Below, piece by piece: positions 49,436 to 57,329 of a stretch of 57,329 nucleotides of DNA (the stretch's first letter is position 1; each line of letters opens with the position of its first letter). The position numbers and the translations under genes were made by a program. The notes below the pieces were generated by a model, which was not told the origin of the DNA, did not search any database, and worked only from the letters and a program-made list of their open reading frames with translations. Source of the DNA: Acidimicrobiia bacterium (GTDB lineage: Bacteria > Actinomycetota > Acidimicrobiia > Acidimicrobiales > Aldehydirespiratoraceae); contig JAHQYM010000004.1 of assembly GCA_024421095.1 (NCBI GenBank), positions 1-57,329 on the forward strand. The letters are read 5' to 3'.

Positions 49436-49486
49436 CCAAGATGACCCGAGTGCCAAGATGATCCAAGTGCCAAGATGACCCAAGTG
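49436..49486 (+). repeat. 3 x 17-bp tandem repeat spanning the GDPD start codon
   Basis: CCAAGATGAYCCRAGTG-like unit at 49436, 49453 and 49470. Confidence 0.85.
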
Positions 49487-50167
49487 ATCGCACATCGAGG
49501 CGCATCTCAAGCAGCGCAAGAGAACACCTTGATAGCGTTTCGTTTGGCGCAAGAGATGGGTGCAGATTGGGTCGAACTAGACGCTCGTCGTGCTGCCGAT
49601 GGAGTGGTTGTGGTTCATCACGATGCCCATTTACCCGACGGACGGATTTTGGCCGACGTATCTAGCGAAGAGCTGCCCGACTACATACCTAGCCTGGCTG
49701 AAGCGCTTGAAGTCTGCGAATCCATGAACGTCAACATTGAGATCAAGAACCTTCCGAGCGACCCCGACTACGACCAAGACCATTTGGTGGTATACGCAGT
49801 TGCGGGTCTAGTACAAGCCTATCTAGGCGTAGAAAGGGCGTTGATAACCTCTTTCAACATTGACGCGGTGCAGCGGATCCGTTCAGTTGACCCATCGCTA
49901 CGCTGCGGTTGGGTGCTCTATGAAATGACCGATCCGGCCAGCGCAATTGGCCGAGCGCTGGCCCACGAAATGGACACCATCCACCCTTGGGACGTGCTAG
50001 TCGACAGCAACTTCGTGAAACGCGCCCATCAAGCGGGACTGCAAGTCTACGTCTGGGCTGTTGATCAAAGAGAGCGGATCGCGGAACTCACCAAAATGGG
50101 AGTTGACGGCATCTGCACTAACGTTCCCGACCTGGCCAGAAAAGTAATCGACGAACTTGGCGCTTAG
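49475..50167 (+). CDS. Glycerophosphodiester phosphodiesterase
   Basis: IAHRGAS, ENT, ELD, HHD, NIEIK and GVDGICTN.PD. Confidence 0.92.
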   Translation: MTQVIAHRGASQAAQENTLIAFRLAQEMGADWVELDARRAADGVVVVHHDAHLPDGRILADVSSEELPDYIPSLAEALEVCESMNVNIEIKNLPSDPDYDQDHLVVYAVAGLVQAYLGVERALITSFNIDAVQRIRSVDPSLRCGWVLYEMTDPASAIGRALAHEMDTIHPWDVLVDSNFVKRAHQAGLQVYVWAVDQRERIAELTKMGVDGICTNVPDLARKVIDELGA

Positions 50168-51084
50168 GGTGGGTCGGGCATTAGCAAGGCGAGCCTCTCG
50201 GGTGTCCAAGTGAAACGCAGACTTTTGCTAGTGCCGAGATAGTCGCCGTCAACTTGGTACGGGGCCGGAGGATCGGCTTCGACGAGAAAGGAGCGCTGGC
50301 CGGTGCACAGATCAACTTGTTTTTTTGGGGTTAGGTCTTTACCCCGCAAGGCGCTTGCCATCACCCCGGCAAGACTTGCCAATTTCAGGTCTTTGAGAGT
50401 GACCAGCGCGAGTGGGTCTTTGAGCGATAGGCCGCCCACAAGGTCAATAGGGCGACTACCGAGGTAGGTGTACGGGTTGGTGTTCATCGCAACCGCTAGC
50501 GAACCCTCAGTGAGGAGATTGCCGTGCATATCAAGAACTCTGAGCGAGGGTTTGTTCCGCTCGACCCTGCGCAACCAGGTATCAAACGCGGCCCACACAA
50601 ACAACGGATGACCCGCCCATCGCTTCCAAGTGCCACGATTCTCGACTTGCTCAACCACCGCCGCATCAAAGCCGACACCGCAATGAAAAAGAAAATAGCG
50701 GCCCTCTACTGCACCTAAACCAATGCGAAAAATCGAACCTCGGTCAATAGCATCCAAGAGTACCAAAGCGGCATCAACAGGATCGTCAGGTAGACCTAGA
50801 ATACGCGCCAACACATTGGTGGAGCCCCCCGGAAGTGTAGCCAAGGCAGTTTCGGTTCCAGCGAGACCGTTCGCTGCCTCGTTCACGGTTCCGTCACCAC
50901 CCAACACAACCACAAGGTCGAAGTTGTTGTTCGCTGCCGACAACGCTAAGCGGGTTGCGTGCCCGGAACGGGTGGTTTCGGCCAAGGTCACTTCGTGGTC
51001 GGCCGAGAGTATTTTTTGCGTGATGACACGCCGCCGTGCTGTTACCGACGATGCAACCGAGTTGACGATAAATAAAATCCGCAA
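50164..51084 (-). CDS. Diacylglycerol kinase-family lipid kinase
   Basis: GGDGTVNE, LPGGSTN, GVGFDA and QVDGD. Start could be TTG 51084 or ATG 51120. Confidence 0.88.
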   Translation of the reverse strand: MRILFIVNSVASSVTARRRVITQKILSADHEVTLAETTRSGHATRLALSAANNNFDLVVVLGGDGTVNEAANGLAGTETALATLPGGSTNVLARILGLPDDPVDAALVLLDAIDRGSIFRIGLGAVEGRYFLFHCGVGFDAAVVEQVENRGTWKRWAGHPLFVWAAFDTWLRRVERNKPSLRVLDMHGNLLTEGSLAVAMNTNPYTYLGSRPIDLVGGLSLKDPLALVTLKDLKLASLAGVMASALRGKDLTPKKQVDLCTGQRSFLVEADPPAPYQVDGDYLGTSKSLRFTWTPERLALLMPDPP

Positions 51085-51150
51085 GAATATCAAAACTATC
51101 TGCTCAAAGTAGATAGGCATTCGTCAACTTTGCTGGCAAACTCTCCGCCT

Positions 51151-51930
51151 ATGAAAATTGTTGTCTGTGTAAAACAAATCCCTGACCCGGCCGACCCTGG
51201 TGCTCTCGACCCAGAAAGCAAAACTTTGGTGCGTGACCAGAAACTCATCTTGGACGAATCCGACAGCTACGGAGTTGAGATGGCTTTGCAACTTGCCGAT
51301 GCCAACGGTGAAGGTTCGGTGCATCTAGTGTCCATGGCCCCCGACAACCAAATTGCTGGACTGCGCACCGCCCTAGCGATGGGTGCCGATAGCGCAACTT
51401 TGGTAAGCGACGAAGCCCTGAAAGGTAGCGATGCGTTGAGCACGGCAAGGGTTCTTGCCGCGGCGATAGCGCGCAGCGAACCCGATTTGGTGTTAGCGGC
51501 GACCGAATCGAGCGACGGTTACACCGGTACCGTACCCGAAATGATGGCCGAGTTTTTGGAGTTACCGTCGGTGACTTTCGCCAAAGCCGTAACCGTGGAC
51601 GGCAACGTCGCCAAAGTAAAACGCCAAACCGAAGCCGGCTACGACGACGTGCATTGCCCGTTGCCAGCCGTGGTTTCGGTAACCGCGGGTGTGGTCGAAC
51701 CGCGTTACCCGTCTTTCAAAGGAATCATGTCTGCCAAATCGAAGCCACTCGACCAGCTTGGCGTTTCCGACCTCGGTATTGAACCCGGTTCGGTTGGTTG
51801 GGCGGGTGGAAACCAAGAAATCGTTAGAATCGCCGATGCTCCCTCACGCGCTGCTGGCGAAGTATTCGAAGACGAGGGAGATGCCCATGAACGCATCGTG
51901 GCCTTCCTTGAAGACCTCAAAGTATTGTGA
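51151..51930 (+). CDS. etfB: Electron transfer flavoprotein beta subunit
   Basis: MKIVVCVKQIPD, ALAMGAD and EPRYPS. Confidence 0.94.
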   Translation: MKIVVCVKQIPDPADPGALDPESKTLVRDQKLILDESDSYGVEMALQLADANGEGSVHLVSMAPDNQIAGLRTALAMGADSATLVSDEALKGSDALSTARVLAAAIARSEPDLVLAATESSDGYTGTVPEMMAEFLELPSVTFAKAVTVDGNVAKVKRQTEAGYDDVHCPLPAVVSVTAGVVEPRYPSFKGIMSAKSKPLDQLGVSDLGIEPGSVGWAGGNQEIVRIADAPSRAAGEVFEDEGDAHERIVAFLEDLKVL

Positions 51931-51942
51931 AGAGGAGACAAA

Positions 51943-52911
51943 ATGGGGCTTGACAAGATCTGGGTCTTTGCTGAAACCGACGGTGCTGCCGTAGCCACGA
52001 TCTCTCTTGAAATGTTGGCGAAAGCCCGAGAAATAGCCGGCACGGTCGAAGTTTTCATGGGTTGCGATGGTGAGGATTACGCCACCGAACTTGGTGACCA
52101 CGGTGCTGAGGCGGTCTATTGCACTGGCGACCTTGACGGTGCCTTGCAAGGCGTGTCGGTTGCTTCGGCTGTTGCCAACGCAATCCAGCGGGGTGATGTT
52201 GACGCACCAGACGCGTTTATGCTTGGCACCACCCAAAATGGTCGTGATGTTGCGGCACGGCTTTCAGTGAAACTCCAGTCGCCGGTGATAACCAACATCG
52301 TCGACTTAGTACTAGATGGCGATGACCTCCTCGGTAGTGAACCCATTTTTGGTGGGACAACCGATGTGATGACCAAAAACATCTCCGACAATCCAGGAAT
52401 CTTCTTGGTGCGGCCCAAGTCGTTTACGGCGCAAGCAGTTGGTGCTGCCGAGGCTATGCTAGAAGACCTTGAAGTTGGTGACCTCGGAGCTGTGGGAGCA
52501 GCGCGGATTATCGACACTTTCGCCGAGGAATCCCAAGGGCCCAAACTTGATGAGGCCAACATAGTTGTGTCTGGAGGGCGCGGACTCGGAGCCAAAGAGG
52601 CTTATGCGATGATTGAAGAGTTGGCCGGGTCTTTGGGCGCAGCTCCGGGTGCTAGTCGAGCGATTGTTGATGCCGGTTGGGTTCCGTACAGTTATCAGGT
52701 TGGTCAAACCGGCAAGGTGGTGAAGCCAACAGTTTATATCGCCTGCGGGATCTCTGGTGCTACCCAGCATTTAGTTGGCATGAAAGGTTCAAAGCACATC
52801 ATCGCCATTAATTCAGATTCGGAAGCTCCGATTTTTGCGGTTGCGGATCTGGGTATTGTCGGTGATGTCCACAAGGTTGTCCCCAAGCTGATTGAAACCC
52901 TGAGCGACTAA
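51943..52911 (+). CDS. etfA: Electron transfer flavoprotein alpha subunit
   Basis: VVSGGRG, GASRA, QVGQTGK and GISGATQH. Confidence 0.95.
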   Translation: MGLDKIWVFAETDGAAVATISLEMLAKAREIAGTVEVFMGCDGEDYATELGDHGAEAVYCTGDLDGALQGVSVASAVANAIQRGDVDAPDAFMLGTTQNGRDVAARLSVKLQSPVITNIVDLVLDGDDLLGSEPIFGGTTDVMTKNISDNPGIFLVRPKSFTAQAVGAAEAMLEDLEVGDLGAVGAARIIDTFAEESQGPKLDEANIVVSGGRGLGAKEAYAMIEELAGSLGAAPGASRAIVDAGWVPYSYQVGQTGKVVKPTVYIACGISGATQHLVGMKGSKHIIAINSDSEAPIFAVADLGIVGDVHKVVPKLIETLSD

Positions 52912-53018
52912 AGGAGCGCTCCGTTTGGCAAATTGCGCGATTGAGCCGAAACCACTGTAAACCAGAAATGCACAGGTTTGTCCACACCTGTTGAATAACC
53001 CCAGATGGTGTTTGGTGA

Positions 53019-53768
53019 TCAGATTAGAGGCCAAGGCCAGCGATGTCCGCTACTGTCTTCTTTCGGGAAGGTTCCGCTCTGGGCTAAGGCTTTGGTTCTG
53101 GTCAGCATGGCATCCTGTTCAAGTGGGTTTAGCAGGTCGGCTACCGCCGAGGAGACGCCTCGGTCAGCGAAACTCTGCAAGTCGGCGCGCAATTTTTCTG
53201 GTAAGGGCTCTGAGGCGAAGTCCCACAATACTGTGCGGAGTTTGAACTGATGGTGAAAAGCGACTCCGTGATCGATTGCCCAGATGCGCCCGTCGGTGCC
53301 CAAGATGCAATGCCCAGACTTGCGATCGGTATTGTTGATTACGAGGTCGAAAGCGCAAATTTGTCGGAAGGTGCTGTCGTGGTTTTCGTCGGTCTGGTAC
53401 AACGTGAAGTAATGCTCAGAGAAGTAGTGCGGCATAAAGAGTTGTATCGCACCGGTTTCCAACGGCGCATCCTCACGAACCACGGTTGGTGGTACGATGT
53501 CCCACCCCAGTTCTTGAGCCACATGAAAGGCTGCGACCTCGCGGCGATAAAGACCGCTGGGGAAGTCCCAAAGCGGGCGTTCTCCCTTGCGTGGTTTGTA
53601 GATGCCTTGGGCTTTGAGGCCCGCGTCTGAGATGTTGACCAAGAAAGTGGCGTTCGAAGAATACGGCATGCGACCCACGAGTTCTAACTCGCCGTCTGCT
53701 AGCAGGGTTAGCGCCCGAGGCACCCCTATCGGTTCGCGTGCAAAGAAGGGAGACTCGCTTTCGCTCAT
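53019..53768 (-). CDS. SCO1664-family kinase-like protein
   Basis: SNATF, YKP..GERPLWDFP, REVAA, NNTDRKSGH and IDHG. Confidence 0.88.
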   Translation of the reverse strand: MSESESPFFAREPIGVPRALTLLADGELELVGRMPYSSNATFLVNISDAGLKAQGIYKPRKGERPLWDFPSGLYRREVAAFHVAQELGWDIVPPTVVREDAPLETGAIQLFMPHYFSEHYFTLYQTDENHDSTFRQICAFDLVINNTDRKSGHCILGTDGRIWAIDHGVAFHHQFKLRTVLWDFASEPLPEKLRADLQSFADRGVSSAVADLLNPLEQDAMLTRTKALAQSGTFPKEDSSGHRWPWPLI

Positions 53769-53799
53769 GTCAAGTTGCGTTTAACGTTGTCTGGGTTGT

Positions 53800-54309
53800 T
53801 CAGTTTTGGCACGCACACCAACCACCATTGCGACTCTCGAGTGGTTGGCCGCAATAAAGGCACGGAGGCCGCCCTGCCGCCACGATCGTTCGGGCACGCC
53901 CAATGAGCCCAACAACATCTTCACGTTCAAGAAAGAAACGCGCTTGGAAAGGTTCCTCGTCTTCGTCGTCAACAAAGGACTCCGCCACCACCACGAGTTG
54001 GTCGAGTTCTTGGGTGTAGGCGATGGCTAGGCTAGCAACCGTCCATTGTGCGATCACCGGTTCTCTGAGTTCGAGATCTTTGGGTGGGGTTGCGGCTTCG
54101 GATTCATGTGCCAACCCGCTTTGTTTCGGCAGTTCGTTGAGCACTCGGTCTAGGTACTCGGCAAGTGCAGCTACTTGCTGTTTTTCTACTTTGAGCGACA
54201 CCAACTGACCTTCGCTGCGGGCTTGAAGAAAGAACTCGCGTTGACCTTTGGGCCCAAGCGTGCCCACGGTGAGAAAGTCAGGTTCACGAAAATCGAAAGA
54301 TTGGCTCAT
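53800..54309 (-). CDS. DUF3090 family protein
   Basis: GPKGQREFFLQ, EKQQV and AGRPPC..CG.P. Confidence 0.88.
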   Translation of the reverse strand: MSQSFDFREPDFLTVGTLGPKGQREFFLQARSEGQLVSLKVEKQQVAALAEYLDRVLNELPKQSGLAHESEAATPPKDLELREPVIAQWTVASLAIAYTQELDQLVVVAESFVDDEDEEPFQARFFLEREDVVGLIGRARTIVAAGRPPCLYCGQPLESRNGGWCACQN

Positions 54310-54953
54310 GACGGTATTAGGCAGTTTAGTTCGTCGCCAACGGAGTTAACGGTTAATACGGTTGGCCCTTGCGAATTGTAAAGGATTGCCGATATCGAAC
54401 ACGGAGAAATAACCATACGTTGGAACAAATCGAGGGGCGTACCAGCGGCTGCGGCCACAATTGCTTTGATGACATCGGCGTGTGAAACGGCCACGATTGT
54501 TGCCCCCGTATGACGCTCTACAAGGCTGTCTACAGTGGCAACGGCGCGGTGCTGCATTTCGGTGAAAGACTCCCCTTGCGGGAAACGAAACCCGCTTGGA
54601 TAACGCTGCACTGTGTCCCAGGCCGGTTCTTTGCGCAGTTCTGCAAGCTTTTTGCCGGTCCAAGCGCCGAAGTCGCATTCGATTAACCCGGCTGATTGTT
54701 GCACATCAAGTTTGCGCGCCGTTGCGATTGGTTCGGCGGTTTGCAGCGTTCTCTCCATGGGTGAGGCGTAGATGGCTGCAACCGACTTGAGTGTTGAGAT
54801 GCGTTGAGCGGCTGCTTCGGCTTGGGCGATGCCTATGGAACTCAGGTGCAATCCGGCTGCTCTGCCTGGCAGTGTTTCCCCAGTGGTTGGTGTTTGCCCA
54901 TGGCGCACAAAAAGAACCAGCGTGGGGGTAGGGGCGCTTGCGGGTCTGGCCAT
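54306..54953 (-). CDS. MSMEG_4193-family phosphomutase (histidine phosphatase)
   Basis: VRHGQT, SPMERT, ECDFGAW, FPQGES and SHADVIK. Triad with DUF3090 and SCO1664. Confidence 0.88.
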   Translation of the reverse strand: MARPASAPTPTLVLFVRHGQTPTTGETLPGRAAGLHLSSIGIAQAEAAAQRISTLKSVAAIYASPMERTLQTAEPIATARKLDVQQSAGLIECDFGAWTGKKLAELRKEPAWDTVQRYPSGFRFPQGESFTEMQHRAVATVDSLVERHTGATIVAVSHADVIKAIVAAAAGTPLDLFQRMVISPCSISAILYNSQGPTVLTVNSVGDELNCLIPS

Positions 54954-55021
54954 GATTGTCTCTAAGCTATCTGGAGTTGCGGTGTCACCAAAGTGCTCTT
55001 TCCCCGCTAACCTCTCAACGG

Positions 55022-55402
55022 ATGAAGATGCACAACGAATCTCGTTTTGGTGAGCCATGTCGTTTTGCTCGGCCACGCCCTTGGGCTATCGTCGTTTTGG
55101 TTCTATTGGCGTTACTAGCTTCTAGTTGCGGTTCTAGCAACAACCCCACATCTTGGGCGGATGCAATGGAGCAACGCACGCTCGAAGAAAACTTTATGCG
55201 TTCTTGCCAGGAGGCCAATGTTGGTGGCGAATTGGATTTGGAGCAGGCTGCACAATACTGCACCTGCGCCTTTCAACTCTTAGTTGACCGCTATGAGAAC
55301 GATTTCGACGGTTTCAAAGAGGCCGAGAGTCGCTTGCGGAGTGACCCCAACGATATTGATGCTTCGCTACGCGGAGCATTCTTGGATTGCGCCACGCAAT
55401 AA
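55022..55402 (+). CDS. Small Cys-containing lipoprotein
   Basis: Lipobox ASSC, NFMRSC and YCTC. Start uncertain. Confidence 0.65.
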   Translation: MKMHNESRFGEPCRFARPRPWAIVVLVLLALLASSCGSSNNPTSWADAMEQRTLEENFMRSCQEANVGGELDLEQAAQYCTCAFQLLVDRYENDFDGFKEAESRLRSDPNDIDASLRGAFLDCATQ

Positions 55403-55428
55403 CTACGCTCACGCGAACTGCCCAGTCG

Positions 55429-56043
55429 CTATGGTCGGTTACCGAATTCGGGGTGTTCGGTGCGGGTGCGTTTCAGTTCCCAAAAACCGTCAACATCCAT
55501 CATGGTCACAAGCGCATCCCACATGGCTAGTGAATCTTCTGTGGGCGGGACTCGGGTGATGACCGGCCCAAAGTATCCCTGTTTTTCTCCTCGGCGGTTA
55601 TTGAAGGCAATGATCGGTGTGCCGACATCATCTCCGCAAAGCTCCAAACCTGCTTGGTGGCGTTTTTCGATTTCAGCATCGTAGGTTTCGCTGTGGTAGG
55701 CGCTGGCGTGTGTGGGGTTAAGCCCGATGTTGTCGAGAGCTTCGGTTAAGTTGAAGTCTAGTTCTTGGTCGTGGTGGATGCGTCTGCCGTATTCCCAATA
55801 AAGATCGAACACCGCAGCTTCGCCTTCGCTGGCACGTACCGCCTCCATAACCCGCAACAGACGGTATGTCCTCTTGGTTGGCTCGTAGAACCGCGAATCC
55901 GGGTCTGGTTGGTTTTTGAGCAACAAGCTGATCGGTTGCCAAATGATGTTGAGTTGGCGTGCTGGCTTGATTTCGTCAACGACCCAACGGGCCGTCACCC
56001 AACACCAAGGTCAAAGTGGGTCTACCCAAAACTCTATTTCCAT
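55429..56043 (-). CDS. Rv2466c/DsbA-like (mycoredoxin-2-type) oxidoreductase, predicted selenoprotein (TGA 56011-56013 = Sec11, UxxC)
   Basis: GGAG RBS, then ATG 56043 gives MEIEFWVDPL-TGA-PWCWVTARW, against the family motif DPLCPWCW.TSRW. DVGTP, FGPV and FWELKRTR are also present. Confidence 0.88.
55977..55997 (-). promoter_or_regulatory. Bacterial SECIS-like hairpin
   Basis: UGACGGCCC-GUU-GGGUCGUUG stem-loop starting 13 nt after the UGA, with a G-initiated loop. Confidence 0.6.
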
Positions 56044-56046
56044 TTG

Positions 56047-57216
56047 CTACTCCGTTGGTTTGTTGGTGATGGTTACCTTAGCCGCGGGTTGTGCCCAATC
56101 AGGCCAACGGTCGCGGCTCTTTTGAGCTAGTTTGTGCATCAGCGCGATAGCACCCGGGTCGTCATCGCCAGGCCGGCTTTGGATTACTCCGTCGGCTAGC
56201 ATGGCATTAATCACGGCTCGCCCAAGTTCGGTGCGTACAATGGTGAGTGTCCAGTCGCTCAGCTCGCCAATCCCTCCAGTGGAAATGTCGGCGTGTTCGG
56301 CTGCGAAGTCGGGGCAGTGGTGGCAGCCTTGACGCGTCCAAGCGTGGCATTCTTTGAGGTTGATTTCGTGGTAGTCACCGTCTTTTGTCCAGATCTGGAA
56401 CACCCCTTTGATGTTCATTTTGGCGATGTTCTCTTTTTTTAGGCCGTATTTCACGTGAAAGAGTTCGTCGAATAAGGCATCGTCAAATGATTTGGAGCAG
56501 AGTAAGCCGATGTTGAGTTTGATTGGTTTGGAGACTTTGCCGACTTTGCGGTGCCACATCACCGGCGCTACTGAGGTTTGGCAACTCATGCCTACGAGCG
56601 CTAAGCGTTCTAGGCCCTTTTCTTTGGCTTGAGGGAAGGCCATGGTGTTAGCTGAGTAGGTGTAGCGACTGCCGGCACCGCGCAGGACTTCCTCGCGGTT
56701 GACAGCGACCATCGGGAAGGCCTTCCAACCGGGTTCGCCGTTGGGTAGATTTTCGACTCCGCTAGTGAGCGCTCCGTCGATGATGTCGTTTTCGAGGCAC
56801 CAGATGAGGATTGCTGATACAAGACCGCCGTCTTGGCCGGTTTCGTACACAAAGTCTTCGCTAGCGCGGGTCAGTAGTATGTCGGAGTAAATCCCCGACA
56901 CTTCTTCGGGGTTGCGGGTACGTCCGAATAGGTGTGCATCGGCTTCGGGTTCCCACATGCGGAAGCGGGGGCACGCTCTGGTGCAGGAGGTGCAACCTTT
57001 TTGACCGTGTACGCAGTCGGCGTGACCTAGTTCTTCTTCAAGGTGAAATGGTGTGTATGCGCCGGGTTCGTGTTCGTAGCCGATCACATCGTGGGGGCAG
57101 GAGATCACGCAGCCAGCGCAACCAGTGCATAGTCCGCTGGTGATTACCTCGTCAAAGAGTTCCTTCCATTGGTAAGTCCAACGCGTTTTCACAGATGATG
57201 TTGTGCTAACAGGCAT
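56047..57216 (-). CDS. Coenzyme F420 hydrogenase/dehydrogenase beta subunit (FrhB/FdhB family) with N-terminal 4Fe-4S ferredoxin domain
   Basis: CTGCAGCVISCP, CTSCTRACP, GQDGGLVSA, GSRY, VGMSCQ, IGLLC and C..C.DF..EHADISTGG. Confidence 0.9.
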   Translation of the reverse strand: MPVSTTSSVKTRWTYQWKELFDEVITSGLCTGCAGCVISCPHDVIGYEHEPGAYTPFHLEEELGHADCVHGQKGCTSCTRACPRFRMWEPEADAHLFGRTRNPEEVSGIYSDILLTRASEDFVYETGQDGGLVSAILIWCLENDIIDGALTSGVENLPNGEPGWKAFPMVAVNREEVLRGAGSRYTYSANTMAFPQAKEKGLERLALVGMSCQTSVAPVMWHRKVGKVSKPIKLNIGLLCSKSFDDALFDELFHVKYGLKKENIAKMNIKGVFQIWTKDGDYHEINLKECHAWTRQGCHHCPDFAAEHADISTGGIGELSDWTLTIVRTELGRAVINAMLADGVIQSRPGDDDPGAIALMHKLAQKSRDRWPDWAQPAAKVTITNKPTE

Positions 57217-57329
57217 GCGTTGTCAGCATAGTCGGGATTCTTGGCGGCATTCCCATACAGGTTTCTTTCATGGAGGTGGTAGGTGTCATTGATCCTAGCT
57301 CTGCTGACTTTCAAAGATATTTCATTATT

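Noticed and set aside
10406-56013. Genome-wide TGA reassignment (Trp/Gly) or three independent nonsense mutations
   Set aside because: TGA ends many conserved genes normally. All three internal TGAs fall on catalytic Cys positions in otherwise intact genes.

Overview
Actinobacterial chromosomal segment, most likely class Acidimicrobiia. This is inferred from gene content: CarD, a KstR-like TetR, the SCO1664/DUF3090/MSMEG_4193 triad, DUF3107, an Rv2466c-like protein, many leaderless TANNNT promoters and a System I ccm operon. The first ~6 kb is accessory: a partial repeat-rich DUF222/HNH-like gene, non-coding tandem repeats, a CoA-transferase and a Type IIG restriction-modification fusion. The rest is mainly core genome: ftsY-ffh-rpsP-khpA-rimM-trmD-rplS, yraN-comM-dprA-xerC, rpsB-tsf-pyrH-frr-cdsA-dxr-rseP, cbs-metB, scpB, trpS, tyrA, ccmABCDEFGHI, mrp and etfBA. 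The main signal missed by the ORF track is three unlinked thiol-redox genes, each with an in-frame TGA exactly at the catalytic Cys: ArsC-like (HNPHU), SelW/Rdx-like (CVPU) and Rv2466c/DsbA-like (UPWC). Each TGA is followed by a SECIS-like hairpin (strong for two, weak for the SelW gene), so these are probable selenoproteins. The DsbA-like gene is apparently co-transcribed with an F420-binding FrhB-type protein. Also seen: three copies of a PafBC/RecA-NDp-like DNA-damage promoter (TGTCAC-N10-YANNNT), an orphan double-glycine-leader peptide, a truncated scpA, unannotated small genes and a structured rpsB leader. All family calls come from motif recognition by eye, with no database search.
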